Assembly: GCA_963765495.1 (NCBI GenBank)
Contig: CAVXWP010000007.1
Coordinates: forward strand, 96,001 to 160,000
Length of the DNA: 64,000 nt
From: Blastocatellia bacterium
GTDB lineage: Bacteria > Acidobacteriota > Blastocatellia > UBA7656
Reading direction: 5' to 3'
Shown: one piece after another, positions 52,858 to 64,000 of the stretch
How the letters are laid out: every line of letters starts with the position of its first letter
Numbering within the stretch: position 1 is the first letter of the stretch
Translations under genes and position numbers: made by a program
The notes under the pieces: model-generated
What the model was told of the DNA's origin: nothing
Seen by the model: the letters and a program-made list of their open reading frames with translations, nothing else
Database searches by the model: none

Positions 52858-55698
52858 CTATTCGTGTCGCAATGCATCAAGCGGATCAACTCTTGATGCG
52901 CGGCGAGCGGGTATCCAGCAGGCCGCGAGCGCCACAAGCAACAACACTCCCGCTATCGCTCCGAATAGCAGTGGGTCGGCCCCCTTTACTCCATAAAGCT
53001 GTTCGGCCATCTCGTGCTGCCACGTCTCGGGGCCGTAATACTGGGTCGCCATCAGTCGCTTTACCGCGTACGCAGCAAGCCCGCCTGCCGCAAGGCCAAG
53101 CAATACGAGTTTCATTCCCTGCCAGATCACAAGTCGCAGGACGTTCCCCGGCTGCGCGCCAAGCGCCATCCGTATGCCTATCTCGTTTGTGCGTTGCGCT
53201 ACCGAATATGCAAGCACGCCCGATAGACCTATGGCCGCAAGCAAGAGCGCCAGTATCCCGAAAAAGCTGAGTAACTGCGCATAAAGCCTCTCCTGACTCA
53301 AGGATGCTTCGGAGCGGGCTGTCTGCGATGAGACTTCCGTTATCGGCAGATTGCCGTCGAGTTCCTGCACCGTCTGGCGCACGGCCTCCGTGAGCGCGGT
53401 TGGCTCTCCCTCGGTCCGCAGCGCAAAATACATGCCTCCGATGTTGTCTACTTCCTGTTGCCACGGCGTGTAAAGCAACGGCTCCATATCTTCGCGCTGG
53501 CTGTTGTATTTGCTGTCGGCCACTATGCCTACGATTTCGAGATCGTTTTTTGCCCGGTTTAACTTTACACGTTTGCCGAGCGCTCCTTCATCGGGAAAGA
53601 ACTGGCGCGCAAAGGTTTCATTGACGATGGCGACCTTCGGAGCATTCCGGTCATCCTGCGGAGTGAAATCGCGCCCGGCATGCAACGGAATCTGCAAGGT
53701 CGAAAAGTAGTTTTCGCGCACCATCTGACGGTTGGCTATATGGTCACTGGCTGTTTGTTCCGTTTCACCCGGCAGCAATAGGCCCGTGTTCCAGGTGTAG
53801 TGGGAGATCAGAGGAACTATGCCGAATGTGGCCGAGCGCACGCCGGGCGTGGTATCGAGCCGCGCAAACAATTGTTTATAGAAGTCGATCAGCCGGTCAT
53901 CTTTATATCCGCCCTTTTCCGGCTGCAATGCAAACGTCAGCAGGTTTTCCTGATTGAAACCGAGATCAATCTTTTGCAGGTTGCTCAAAGTGCGGATGAA
54001 TAACCCCGCGCCGATCAAAAGCATCAGAGACAGCCCGACCTGCGCCACGATCAAGCCTTTGCTCAAGCGCGATACGCCGCCCGTCGTGCGGCGGCTGCCT
54101 TTGAGCGAGCTTGCCAGATCGGTCTTTGTAGCGCGCAGGGCCGGAACCAGACCAAACAGAAGGCCGGTCAGAAGCGAAACGCCCAGAGTAAATCCAAGCA
54201 CCCGCCAGCTTAGATTCGGCTCGATGCCGTCGGGCAAAAAGTCTGTGTTCCGCCCGCCAAGCGACGCCAGCACGTTCTTGCCCCACAATGCCACCAGAAC
54301 TCCCGCCGCCCCGCCAATCGCCGCAAGCAACAGGCTCTCCGTCAACAGTTGTCGAATCAGTCGCCATCGTCCCGCTCCAACGGCCAGGCGTATGCTGATC
54401 TCCGGCCCTCTTAGTGCCGCTCGCGCAAGCAAGAGATTGGCTACGTTGGCGCACGCGATCAGCAACACAAGCACCACCACGGCGAACAGACCGTATATCG
54501 TTTTCGCATAGATTTTGCGAATCTCCAACAACCCGCGTCCGCCCGATATCGCCATCAGTTGAGGATATTGCGCGGGGTCTATCTGCGCCGCTTCGCTCTC
54601 TTTGCGCGGGGGCGGCATTATCTCAAGCGCGGTGGCCTGGAAAGCGCCGCCAAGACTGTCGCGCGCCTGTTCAAATGTAGCCCCGGGTTTCAATCGCCCC
54701 ATCAGATGAACCCACCAGTAGCCCGGCTTGTCTGCCTGCGCCATTGCGGAACTCTCACCCAGCAGCACAGGCTCAAATGCGAGCGGCACCGTGACCTCAG
54801 GGTGCGTGCTCACTTGCAGAGTGCCGCTGAAGCCGGGAGGCGTTACGCCGATAATGGTAAACGATGTCTTATTGAGCTTGATCTGCTGGCCGACTGCGTC
54901 GGGGTCGGAGTTGAATCTCTTCTGCCAGTAATCGTAATCGAGGACGACTACAGGCGTAGCCGCCGTATTGTCGTCCTCCGCTGTGATTGCGCGCCCGTAA
55001 ATCGGGTGTACGCCAAGCCCCGTGTAGTAGTCGCCCGAAACTCCCTGCCCGTGAACATTCTCCGCCTGTTCATTCATCACGGCGGTCAGTTCGTACAGCG
55101 GCGCAAAGGCGAAGAGGTCGCTCAACGGATCGTCGGCCAACTGCGCCCGCGCCTGCCGTAGTTTTTCGATTATGTCGTAACGAAAGACCGAGGCGTGCCG
55201 CCTGCCCGGCATATCATTGACAAAGGTGCCGCGGCTTCCGTTGGTCCTGAAATCGCGACCCGCCTGCCATTCAAACAGCACAAGCCGATCAGGTTCAGCC
55301 ACCGGCAGCATCCTGAGCAATACGGTATCAACCAGGCTAAACTGCGCGGTGTTTGCGCCTATGCCGAGCGCAAGCGAAAGCACAGCGACGATGGTGAAGC
55401 CTTTGTGTTTGAGCAGCATTCGCCAGCCATAACGCAGGTCTTGAAACATCTCGTCCTCCAATCTTTTCGGTTGTAAGAGTAATGCATCCAAAAACGCGCC
55501 CAGACTACGCCTGAGCAGATCGAGTTTCGCCCGCCAGTCGAGACGGTTCCACTCCGAAAGCAACAGTTCACGATAATACAACTCGGCTTCCCACTCGCGC
55601 CGCCAGTTTGCGCGAAGCCGGCGCGGCACGATCACGCCGATCAGACGGATCAGCCAGAGCCAGAATCGAAAGCGGGCAATGCGAGTCCGATCAGCCAT
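52858..55698 (-). CDS. ADOP-type (acidobacterial duplicated orphan) MacB-like ABC permease
   Basis: Prefix domain, [47 protein letters not shown]. Confidence 0.93.
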   Translation of the reverse strand: MADRTRIARFRFWLWLIRLIGVIVPRRLRANWRREWEAELYYRELLLSEWNRLDWRAKLDLLRRSLGAFLDALLLQPKRLEDEMFQDLRYGWRMLLKHKGFTIVAVLSLALGIGANTAQFSLVDTVLLRMLPVAEPDRLVLFEWQAGRDFRTNGSRGTFVNDMPGRRHASVFRYDIIEKLRQARAQLADDPLSDLFAFAPLYELTAVMNEQAENVHGQGVSGDYYTGLGVHPIYGRAITAEDDNTAATPVVVLDYDYWQKRFNSDPDAVGQQIKLNKTSFTIIGVTPPGFSGTLQVSTHPEVTVPLAFEPVLLGESSAMAQADKPGYWWVHLMGRLKPGATFEQARDSLGGAFQATALEIMPPPRKESEAAQIDPAQYPQLMAISGGRGLLEIRKIYAKTIYGLFAVVVLVLLIACANVANLLLARAALRGPEISIRLAVGAGRWRLIRQLLTESLLLAAIGGAAGVLVALWGKNVLASLGGRNTDFLPDGIEPNLSWRVLGFTLGVSLLTGLLFGLVPALRATKTDLASSLKGSRRTTGGVSRLSKGLIVAQVGLSLMLLIGAGLFIRTLSNLQKIDLGFNQENLLTFALQPEKGGYKDDRLIDFYKQLFARLDTTPGVRSATFGIVPLISHYTWNTGLLLPGETEQTASDHIANRQMVRENYFSTLQIPLHAGRDFTPQDDRNAPKVAIVNETFARQFFPDEGALGKRVKLNRAKNDLEIVGIVADSKYNSQREDMEPLLYTPWQQEVDNIGGMYFALRTEGEPTALTEAVRQTVQELDGNLPITEVSSQTARSEASLSQERLYAQLLSFFGILALLLAAIGLSGVLAYSVAQRTNEIGIRMALGAQPGNVLRLVIWQGMKLVLLGLAAGGLAAYAVKRLMATQYYGPETWQHEMAEQLYGVKGADPLLFGAIAGVLLLVALAACWIPARRASRVDPLDALRHE

Positions 55699-55771
55699 CA
55701 GATTTACTCGTGGCGAAGCGCGGTTAAGGGATCAACCCTCGTAGCCCGCCGCGCAGGTATCCAGCAGGCCA
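55648..55771. repeat. 124-bp permease-junction repeat, copy 1
   Basis: Matches 58317-58440 at 123/124 positions by eye. Confidence 0.9.
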
Positions 55772-58367
55772 GAAGCGCAACGCCTGTCAGCAGGAAAGCA
55801 ACTCCCACAAACGTCAGCGGGTCAGTTGCGCTCACCCCAAACAGCAACGACTTCAGCCATCGCGTCAAAATCAGAGCGCCTGTCAAACCAAAACCCACAC
55901 CCGGCAGCGTCAGTTTCATCCCTTGCCCGATGATCAGGCGCAGTACATCTTGCGACTGTGCGCCCAACGCCATACGAATGCCGATCTCATGCTTGCGCTG
56001 CGTAACGGTGTAGGCGAGCACACCGTAAATCCCCAGGGCCGCCATCAAAAGCGCCACCCCCGCAAAGATCGCCATCAACAACAGCGTGAAGCGGCGTGGG
56101 GCGAGTGAGGCCGAGAGCAGTTGCCGCATCAGGGTGACTTCGTAAGCAGGCAGATCAGGATCAAGCGCGTGGATGGCCTGTCGAACAGCGCCCGTCAGAG
56201 CGCTTGGCTCGACCGAGGTGCGCACAACCAATTGCATATACGAATCCGTCAACTGCGCGTGCGGAACGTAAACCTGTAAATCGGGTGGCGTTTCCAGGCC
56301 ATAGTGGTTGACATCACCGACAATGCCTACGATAACGCGCGGCGGATCGTCAATTCCACCCAGCCTTATCTGCTTTCCAACGGGGTCTTCATCCGGCCAG
56401 ATGCGACGAGCCGCGGTCTGATTGATGAGGGCCACAAGCGTATTGTTTTCGTTATCCTGATCGGTAAAGCCACGACCACGTAAGACCGGAATCCCCATCG
56501 CACGCAGATAATCGGGGGTGATACCGTAACGTTCCGCGCTGGGCGCTTCGGCCGGATTTGCCAGCGGTTTTTCCTCGACGTGAAACCCGCTTGTGTCCAT
56601 ATTGCCGCCAAACGGCAGATTGCTGACAAGGCCAACTGCCTCGACGCCGGGCAGCGCTTCGATACGTTTGATGGCTTCGCTGTGAAAGGCGCGTTTCTGC
56701 GCCTCCTCACTGTACTTTGCGCCAAGGGCCGGCACCGGCATCGTCAACAGATTGCGCGCTTCGAACCCCGGCGTTACATCCAGCACGCGCGCGAAACTGC
56801 GGATGAGCAAACCCGCTCCGGCCAGCAGCACCAGCGCGAAGACAATTTCAGCCACCACAAACATCTCGCGCGCTCGGCGCTGTCCTTTGCCTGATGAGCC
56901 TCTGGCTTTTTCCTTCAAGGCAAGCTGGACATCCTGCCGCGCTGCCTGCCACGCCGGGGCCAGGCCAAAGAGCAAACCCGTCAGCAATGCCGACAGGAAC
57001 GTAAAGCCCAGCACGCGCGCATCAATCGTGACTGTCTGTACCTGCAACATCCTGGCGGGGCTGAGCCGCGTGAGCAGATCCGTCCCCCACAGCGCCAGCA
57101 ACAATCCAGCGCCCGCCCCGAGCGATGACAGCAGCAGACTCTCAATCAGCAATTGCCGCATAATGCGCAACGCGGGAGCGCCCAGCGCCGCGCGAATCGC
57201 CATCTCCATTCGTCGCTCATTTGCGCGTGCCAGCAACAGGCTGCCGATGTTTGCGCACGCGATCAGCAAGACTCCTCCCACCGCCGCCAGCAGCAGGTAC
57301 AGGGCCGAACGGATGGCGTTTACAAACTGATCCTGAAGGCGCGCAATGCTGACGGCAGATGTTGCATAGATTTTCGGATGCTCGGTCTGCATCACGCTCA
57401 TAATCGCGCTCATCTCGTTTCTGGCCTGCTCCATCGAAACATCGGATTTGAGACGGGCGATAGTCTTAAGGTGCTGGCAATCGCGACAGGCAAACGGCTG
57501 CGTCACGTCATATCCAAGCGGTACCCAGATGTCGGCTGTCTTGTAAAAATTCGCGGCGAGCAGATCGGTAAACCCTGATGGCATGACGCCTATAATCGTG
57601 TATGGTTGATCGCTCAGGCTGAGTTGTTTGCCTAAAACGTTCGGATCAGAGTTGAAACGCCGCTGCCAGAGCGAATGGCTGATGATAACGACAAAGCGCG
57701 TCGCCGGGCGGTCTTCGGCAGCCGCGAAATCACGGCCCAGTTCCGGGCTGACGCCCAGCAGATTGAAGTAGTCGGCAGACACGCGCAATCCCTGAATCAT
57801 CTCTGATTCACCCTGCCCGGTCATCACCCCTCCCCAATACCGGATCGCCACCATCGACTCGAACGAGTGGCTGCGCTCGCGCCAGTCTGCCAGAGTGGCA
57901 TATCCGGTGTTGCCCAGCACCCCTCCACTTTCGTCCGTCGATAGCATTACCAGCCGATCAGCATCCTGATACGGCAGCGGGCGTAGCAACACGGCGTTGA
58001 CTACGCTGAAGATCGCCGTGCTCGCGCCGATCCCAAGCGCGAGAGTGAAGACCGCAACAAGAGTGAAACCGGGATTCTTCCATAACATCCGCACGCCGAA
58101 ACGCAGATCTTGAAACATCTCATCCTCCCATCTGTAGGATTGCAACCAGAGCGCATCCCAGAATGCGCCGAGTGAGCGCCTGAGCAGATCGAGCCGTGCC
58201 CGCCACCCGAGACGGTCCCACTCCGAAAGCAACAGTTCGCGATAGCGCAACTCGGCCTGCCACTCCTCGCGCCAGTCTCGGCGAAGCCTTCCGGGGACGA
58301 TCACGCCTATGAGCGCGATCAGCCAGAGCCAGAAACGAAAGCGGGCAATGCGAGTCCGATCAGCCAT
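55704..58367 (-). CDS. ADOP-type MacB-like ABC permease
   Basis: Same architecture, 887 aa. Confidence 0.93.
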   Translation of the reverse strand: MADRTRIARFRFWLWLIALIGVIVPGRLRRDWREEWQAELRYRELLLSEWDRLGWRARLDLLRRSLGAFWDALWLQSYRWEDEMFQDLRFGVRMLWKNPGFTLVAVFTLALGIGASTAIFSVVNAVLLRPLPYQDADRLVMLSTDESGGVLGNTGYATLADWRERSHSFESMVAIRYWGGVMTGQGESEMIQGLRVSADYFNLLGVSPELGRDFAAAEDRPATRFVVIISHSLWQRRFNSDPNVLGKQLSLSDQPYTIIGVMPSGFTDLLAANFYKTADIWVPLGYDVTQPFACRDCQHLKTIARLKSDVSMEQARNEMSAIMSVMQTEHPKIYATSAVSIARLQDQFVNAIRSALYLLLAAVGGVLLIACANIGSLLLARANERRMEMAIRAALGAPALRIMRQLLIESLLLSSLGAGAGLLLALWGTDLLTRLSPARMLQVQTVTIDARVLGFTFLSALLTGLLFGLAPAWQAARQDVQLALKEKARGSSGKGQRRAREMFVVAEIVFALVLLAGAGLLIRSFARVLDVTPGFEARNLLTMPVPALGAKYSEEAQKRAFHSEAIKRIEALPGVEAVGLVSNLPFGGNMDTSGFHVEEKPLANPAEAPSAERYGITPDYLRAMGIPVLRGRGFTDQDNENNTLVALINQTAARRIWPDEDPVGKQIRLGGIDDPPRVIVGIVGDVNHYGLETPPDLQVYVPHAQLTDSYMQLVVRTSVEPSALTGAVRQAIHALDPDLPAYEVTLMRQLLSASLAPRRFTLLLMAIFAGVALLMAALGIYGVLAYTVTQRKHEIGIRMALGAQSQDVLRLIIGQGMKLTLPGVGFGLTGALILTRWLKSLLFGVSATDPLTFVGVAFLLTGVALLACWIPARRATRVDPLTALRHE

Positions 58368-58440
58368 CAGATTTACTCGTGGCGAAGCGCGGTTAAGGGA
58401 TCAACCCTCGTAGCCCGCCGCGCAGGTATCCAGCAGGCCA
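58317..58440. repeat. 124-bp permease-junction repeat, copy 2
   Basis: See 55648-55771. Confidence 0.9.
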
Positions 58441-61084
58441 CAAACGCGACGGCGATAAGCAAAATCGCTACACCCGCGAATGTGACGGGATCGGTTGCGC
58501 CTACGCCTAAGAGCAGACTCGCCAGTACGCGGGTTACGGCGAAAGCTCCAACGAGGCCGATCACAATACCGGCAATCACGAGCGTCATTCCCTGGCGGAG
58601 AATAATCCGCAGCACATCGCGGATTTGCGCGCCTAATGCCATGCGGATGCCGATCTCGCGTGTTCGCTGGCTGACCGTGTAGGTCATCACGCTGTAAAGT
58701 CCCATCGTTGCCAGTAGCAACGCAAGCAGGCCAAAGGTCGTAGCCATCCCGGCGGCCAGTCGCGGACCCCAGTAGGCATACGATAAATTCTGCTCAGCCG
58801 TCTGCACGCCAAAGACCGGCACACGCGAATCTATCTGCCCTATTTCGCGCCGAACGCTTTCGGCTATGGCTTTTAAATCGCCCGCAGAATTCGCGCCGAC
58901 AAGCAAGGTCATCTCCGACTGGTATTGCTGATATTCGGGCAGGTACATGTACATCTGCGGATCTTCGTATAGATTGCGGTACAGACCATCTTTGGCGATT
59001 CCGATAATCTCATTCAGCGGCTCCTTATTGCTCCAGAATCGAATGCGTTTTCCAAGTGCCGCCTGCTCGCTGCCGTAAAACCGGCGCGCAAATTCTTGAT
59101 TGACGATCACGACACGGGGCGTGTCAATCGTGTCGCGTTCGGTGAAATCGCGTCCCGACACGAGAGGCGTTTTTACAGTTTTAAAATATCCGGGCGCAAC
59201 CCAGTTGCAGGGAACAGTTACTCCCTGATTTGGCGGAGGGTCGGGCTCGCCTTCCTTTATCACCGGGCCTTTGCTGGAGTTGTTGTCACTGAGCGGCAAA
59301 TAAGCCGCAAGCGAAGCCGCGCGCACGCCGGGCTGCGCCTCTACGCGCCTCAGAGTTTCGGTATAAAACCGCTTTCCATCGGCGTCGTCATAGCCAAGCA
59401 ATCCCGGGTCAAGCCTCATCGTCACAAGCCTGTCGGCGCTGAATCCCAGATCGGTCTTCAGAACCTTATCCAGGCTTCTCAGAAACAACCCCGCGCATAC
59501 CAGCACTATGATCGAAATAGCCACCTGCGCGACTACGAGCGAGCCGCGCAGATTCCATCGCCGCCCCGTCCTGCCCGAAGACTGTCCGGCTATGCCGCCT
59601 TTGATCACAGCAACCAGATCGGTACGCGACGCAAGCCACGCCGGAGCCAGCCCAAAGATCAAGCCCGTCATCAGCGTAATAATGATCATCCATTTCAGCA
59701 CCGCAAGATCGGGACTGACGCCGAGATCAACAGGATAGGGAATCGGTGGAACCGAAGCATTAATCAGACTCGCCCCACCATAAGCAAAACACCATCCGAG
59801 CGCGCCGCCAAGGCTCGCGAGCAGAACGCTTTCGGTCAGCAGTTGTCGTATGATGCGAAACCGTCCCGCGCCAATCGCCAGACGGATGCCGATCTCTTTA
59901 GCGCGAGTAGCGGCTCGCGCAAGCATAAGATTCGCTACATTCGCGCAGGCCACGATCAGCACGAGACCGGAAACGCACAGCGCCAGCAATGCGCTGAATT
60001 TGAATGCGCCTACAGTATCCCCAAACCGCCCATCCGGTTCAGAAACGATTCGAACTTTCGTATCCGCGTTATTTTCCGGGTAAAGCCGGGCCAGATTTTC
60101 CGCGATCAGATTCAAATCCGCCTCGGCCTGCTCCATAGTGACGCCGGGTTTGAGCCGCCCTATCACGTTTAGGTTTGTCCACCCTCGGTTGGTTTCCCAT
60201 TCCGCGCCCATTTTGAATTTTGAGCGCATCATCAAAGGCGTCCAGAAGGACTGCTGTAATGGGAATTTCACGCCCTTAAATGCTTCGGGCGCTACGCCGA
60301 TTATCGTAAATGGAAACCCGTTCATGTAAATCGTTTTGCCCACAACCGAAGCATCGGCATTGAAACGACGCTGCCAGAGCGAATGGCTTATCACTACCAC
60401 CGGATGCGCATCCTGCGTGCGGTCTTCTTCGGGCAGAAAACCGCGACCCAGGATAGGTTTGACGCCGAGTACATCGAAGTAATTGCCGCTGACTATTTCG
60501 CCCCAGCCGATTTCCGCCCGTTCATTGTCGCCGGTACTGTGATTCTCGCCCGAACTGATCCCCGCCGAGGTCATACTCCACGCAAGTAAACCGGAAAGGC
60601 TCTTGTTCTGATCGCGCAGGTCAATATAGTTAGGGTAAGAAAAGTCGCCCCAGACCTCGCTGTCTGTCTTGCCGCCCCAGAACCCCACAACCAGTTCGTC
60701 CGGCTTTTCAACCGGCAGCGGACGAATAAGGAAACTGTTGACTGTACTCAATATCGCCGTATTCACGCCAATGCCGAGCGCAAGCGTGAGCACCGCCACA
60801 GCCGTGAACGCCTTGTCCTTTACCAGCATCCGCAGGCCGAAACGCAGGTCTTGAAACATCTCATCCTCCCATCTGTAGGATTGCAACCAGAGCGCATCCC
60901 AGAACGCGCCGAGACTGAGTCGCCTGAGCAGATCGAGCCGTGCCCGCCAGCCGAGACGGTCCCACTCCGAAAGCAACAGTTCGCGATAACGCAACTCGGC
61001 CTGCCACTCTTCGCGCCAGTCCGCGCGTACCCGGCGCGGCACGATCAGACCAATAAAGTTTATGAACCAGAGATGAGGCTTCAC
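58373..61084 (-). CDS. ADOP-type MacB-like ABC permease
   Basis: Same architecture, 903 aa. Confidence 0.93.
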   Translation of the reverse strand: MKPHLWFINFIGLIVPRRVRADWREEWQAELRYRELLLSEWDRLGWRARLDLLRRLSLGAFWDALWLQSYRWEDEMFQDLRFGLRMLVKDKAFTAVAVLTLALGIGVNTAILSTVNSFLIRPLPVEKPDELVVGFWGGKTDSEVWGDFSYPNYIDLRDQNKSLSGLLAWSMTSAGISSGENHSTGDNERAEIGWGEIVSGNYFDVLGVKPILGRGFLPEEDRTQDAHPVVVISHSLWQRRFNADASVVGKTIYMNGFPFTIIGVAPEAFKGVKFPLQQSFWTPLMMRSKFKMGAEWETNRGWTNLNVIGRLKPGVTMEQAEADLNLIAENLARLYPENNADTKVRIVSEPDGRFGDTVGAFKFSALLALCVSGLVLIVACANVANLMLARAATRAKEIGIRLAIGAGRFRIIRQLLTESVLLASLGGALGWCFAYGGASLINASVPPIPYPVDLGVSPDLAVLKWMIIITLMTGLIFGLAPAWLASRTDLVAVIKGGIAGQSSGRTGRRWNLRGSLVVAQVAISIIVLVCAGLFLRSLDKVLKTDLGFSADRLVTMRLDPGLLGYDDADGKRFYTETLRRVEAQPGVRAASLAAYLPLSDNNSSKGPVIKEGEPDPPPNQGVTVPCNWVAPGYFKTVKTPLVSGRDFTERDTIDTPRVVIVNQEFARRFYGSEQAALGKRIRFWSNKEPLNEIIGIAKDGLYRNLYEDPQMYMYLPEYQQYQSEMTLLVGANSAGDLKAIAESVRREIGQIDSRVPVFGVQTAEQNLSYAYWGPRLAAGMATTFGLLALLLATMGLYSVMTYTVSQRTREIGIRMALGAQIRDVLRIILRQGMTLVIAGIVIGLVGAFAVTRVLASLLLGVGATDPVTFAGVAILLIAVAFVACWIPARRATRVDPLTALRHE

Positions 61085-61097
61085 ATAATGCCTTTCA

Positions 61098-63746
61098 TCA
61101 TTCGTGTCGAAGCGCCCTCATCGGGTCCACCTTCGTAGCGCGCTGCGCGGGTATCCAGCAGGCCATCAATGCGACGAATATCAACAGTGACGCGATCAGA
61201 ACGAATGTCATCGGATCGGTCGCGCTCACGTTGAACAACAAGCTCTTTATCAATCGCGTCAGGGCAAGCGATGCGGCAAGACCGATGCCTACGCCGATAA
61301 TTGCCAGTGTCATTCCCTGTTTCACAACCAGCTTCAACACATCGCTCGTTTGCGCCCCCAGCGCCATCCGAATTCCGATTTCGTGTGTGCGTTGATTAAC
61401 CGAGTAAGAGATGACCGCATAGATTCCCGTCGCCGCAAGTATCAACGCAAGCCCCGCCAGAATCGCTATCAAAAGCGCGGGATAGCGTCGCAGAAAGGCT
61501 GAAGGCGTATCGCTTATCAGTTGCTCCATCGTCGCTGCCGAATAGAGCGCGAGGTCCGGGTCTATCGCCTGCACTTCACCGCGCACCGCGCTCACAATGT
61601 TCTGGGGGTCGCCTGCGGTTCGCACCACCAGATTGAGCTTTGTCCAGGGCTCTTGCAGGAAGGGGCGATAGATCACCGAGTCGGGCTCTTCATCGAGCGC
61701 GCCGACCCTCTCGTCATCTACCACGCCGATAATCTCAAGCGGCCTCGGCTCGTCGCCCGCGAAGTTGATGCGGTGCCCTATCGGGTCCTGATCTGCGAAG
61801 AGCCGATTGGCGAGCGCGGCGTTGATGATGATCGCATCGGGCGAGGCCGGATTGTCCTGTTCCGTAAACTCGCGTCCGCGCAGGAGGGCGATCCCCATCG
61901 TGCGAAAGTAAGTCGAACTGACCGTGCGCGTGCTTGCCTTTGGCTCTGTACCCGGAGCCGGTGGTGGTTGCCCTTCGACAAGCAGCAGATCGCCGGGGCC
62001 GGGCTGCATGGGCAGCCAGTTGACGGTAGCGGCCCCGACTACGCCGGGCAAATTTTCGATGCGCGAAAGCATTTGCTGATGAAATGCGCGCGTCTGATCG
62101 TCTTCGGAGTATCTGCCCGGGGGCAACTCCAATTGCAGGGTCAGCAACTGCTCGGGCTGAAACCCTAGCTTGACTTCCAACAATCGCAACGTGCTCTTTA
62201 TCATCAAACCCGCTCCGACAAGCAGCACAAGCGCCAGAGCGATTTCCGAGATCATAAGCAGCCCGCGAAATCCATAACGGCCCGCAGCCGTATTTGCGCG
62301 GCTGCCGTCCTTGAGCGAGGATTGCAGATCGAGCTTTGATGCCTGCCAGGCCGGAGCTAGCCCGAAAACTATCCCCGTCAAAGCCGACAATGCGCCCGTA
62401 AAGGCGAAGACCCGCCCGCTGAGCGTAAGCCCTCGGAGGTAAGGCATCGTATCGAGTTGCGCAGCCGGAATGGCCGCGATCAGAAACTTGATTCCCCAGA
62501 CGGCAATCGCGAGCCCGACGACTCCTCCCAGAAGCGTCAGCAGCAGGCTTTCGCTGATGAGTTGCCGCACAAGTCGCCAGCGGGTTGCGCCGAGGGCTAA
62601 TCTTACTGCGATCTCTTTGCGCCGCGCCGCAGCGCGAACGAGAAGGAGATTTGCGACGTTGGCGCAGGCTATGGCAAGCACGAATCCTACTGCTCCAAAC
62701 AGGACAAGCAGAAGCGGGCGAACAGAGCCTATGATCTGATCGTGCAGGGGGACTATCCTGATGCCCGCGCCCGTGTGCGAATCGGGGTTGTCGTGCTCGA
62801 TGCGAGAAGCAATCGCGCTCATCTGCGTCTGAGCCTGTTCGATGCTTACGCCGGGCTTCAGCCTGACTATAACATCCAGCCAGTGCATGAAGCGCCGCGT
62901 TACCTGCCCCTCGCTCGGGCGCAAGGGAACCCAGAGTTCAGCCTTTCCCATCGGCGCGAATTGGAAACTCCGGGGCAGCACTCCGAGCACCGTGTAGGCG
63001 TCTCCATCGAGCATCAGCCGCTGCCCTATGATGTTCGGGTCAGCGCCGAAACGTCTTTGCCAGAGCCCGTAGCTCAAAATGACATTTGCCGCTGCGCCGG
63101 GTTTGTCTTCATCAGGCAGAAACGAGCGGCCCAAAACGGGGTCTACGCCGAGCACGGAAAAGAAACCTGCGGTGATGCGCGCGCCCTCGATGCGTTCGGG
63201 TTCGGCCCTGCCTGTGAGGGTGAACGAGCCGCCCCAGCCCGTGTAACCGCATATGCCTTCGATGACATCGGTCTGGCTGCCCCAGTCCAGATAATCGGGA
63301 TAGGAGGCGTCTACCTGTTTGATTTCATAACCGGGGCGAGTCTCCCAGATTTGAACCAGCCGGTCAGGATTTCTGTATGGCAACGCGCGTAAAAGCGCCG
63401 CATCGACTACCGTAAATATCGCGGTGTTAGCGCCGATGCCCAATCCGAGCATGAGCATGGCAACGGCGGTAAAGCCCGGCTTTTTCAAAAGCATTCGCAC
63501 GCCGAAACGTATGTCTTGAATCATTTCGTCCTCCCAACGGTAGGATTGGAGCCAGAGCGCATCCCAGAATGCGCCGAGACTGCGTCGCCATAAATCCAGT
63601 CTGTTTTTCCAGTCGAGTCTGTCCCAGTCCGCCAGGAGCAACTCGCGGTATTGCAACTCGGCTTCCCACTCATCGCGCCAGTCCGCGCGCAGACGGCGAG
63701 GGACAATCAAACCGATAAATTGAATCAGCCTCAGATGCGTCTTCAC
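61098..63746 (-). CDS. ADOP-type MacB-like ABC permease
   Basis: Same architecture, 882 aa. Confidence 0.93.
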   Translation of the reverse strand: MKTHLRLIQFIGLIVPRRLRADWRDEWEAELQYRELLLADWDRLDWKNRLDLWRRSLGAFWDALWLQSYRWEDEMIQDIRFGVRMLLKKPGFTAVAMLMLGLGIGANTAIFTVVDAALLRALPYRNPDRLVQIWETRPGYEIKQVDASYPDYLDWGSQTDVIEGICGYTGWGGSFTLTGRAEPERIEGARITAGFFSVLGVDPVLGRSFLPDEDKPGAAANVILSYGLWQRRFGADPNIIGQRLMLDGDAYTVLGVLPRSFQFAPMGKAELWVPLRPSEGQVTRRFMHWLDVIVRLKPGVSIEQAQTQMSAIASRIEHDNPDSHTGAGIRIVPLHDQIIGSVRPLLLVLFGAVGFVLAIACANVANLLLVRAAARRKEIAVRLALGATRWRLVRQLISESLLLTLLGGVVGLAIAVWGIKFLIAAIPAAQLDTMPYLRGLTLSGRVFAFTGALSALTGIVFGLAPAWQASKLDLQSSLKDGSRANTAAGRYGFRGLLMISEIALALVLLVGAGLMIKSTLRLLEVKLGFQPEQLLTLQLELPPGRYSEDDQTRAFHQQMLSRIENLPGVVGAATVNWLPMQPGPGDLLLVEGQPPPAPGTEPKASTRTVSSTYFRTMGIALLRGREFTEQDNPASPDAIIINAALANRLFADQDPIGHRINFAGDEPRPLEIIGVVDDERVGALDEEPDSVIYRPFLQEPWTKLNLVVRTAGDPQNIVSAVRGEVQAIDPDLALYSAATMEQLISDTPSAFLRRYPALLIAILAGLALILAATGIYAVISYSVNQRTHEIGIRMALGAQTSDVLKLVVKQGMTLAIIGVGIGLAASLALTRLIKSLLFNVSATDPMTFVLIASLLIFVALMACWIPAQRATKVDPMRALRHE

Positions 63747-63773
63747 ATTTACCTTTAATCACTCGTGCTTTAA

Positions 63774-64000
63774 TTACTCGTGCCGCAGGGCCGTCAGCGG
63801 ATCGACCTTCGTAGCTCTGTGCGCGGGCAGAAAACCTGCCAGCGCCGCCACCGCGATCAACAGCAAAATAGCCGAAACGAGAGTCAGCGGATCGTTTGGT
63901 TTTAGCCCAAACAGTAAACTGTCAGCCATCTTTGTGACGGGCGAGGCGACGGCCAGCCCGATGCCTACGCCTATGAGAACCATCAACATCGCTTCGCGGA
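63774..64000 (-). CDS. ADOP-type permease, C-terminal end (start outside window)
   Basis: ...LLFGLKPNDP...[17 protein letters not shown]. Confidence 0.88.
   Translation of the reverse strand, partial: REAMLMVLIGVGIGLAVASPVTKMADSLLFGLKPNDPLTLVSAILLLIAVAALAGFLPAHRATKVDPLTALRHE

Overview
Bacterial chromosomal window, most likely Acidobacteriota (Blastocatellia-like). This is inferred from the tandem 'duplicated orphan permease' genes, Gram-negative TamB/BamA/TonB and moderately high GC. The housekeeping backbone is rho (short form, partial), recQ, hemW, ltaE, cmk, ribE, a ribBA with a degenerate GTP cyclohydrolase II domain, tamB-bamA/tamA-surA, hflX, lemA, larE, yggS-yggT-DUF167, tRNA-Glu and tRNA-Lys. 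Accessory features: (i) an ECF sigma / zinc-finger-FecR-Kelch anti-sigma module that shares an identical bipartite promoter with a convergent operon of two secreted proteins; (ii) a MITE with CAGGG ends and a 10-bp target duplication, plus a shorter second copy; (iii) a collapsed kaiC/histidine-kinase relic; (iv) an array of at least 5 large MacB-like permease genes with divergent cores, near-identical junctions and a conserved internal SD+ATG; (v) about 14 short palindromic elements built from 7-9-nt tandem units. One of these elements sits in-frame inside a hydantoinase B gene and one encodes part of the BamA signal peptide. All calls come from reading the sequence by eye; no searches were run.
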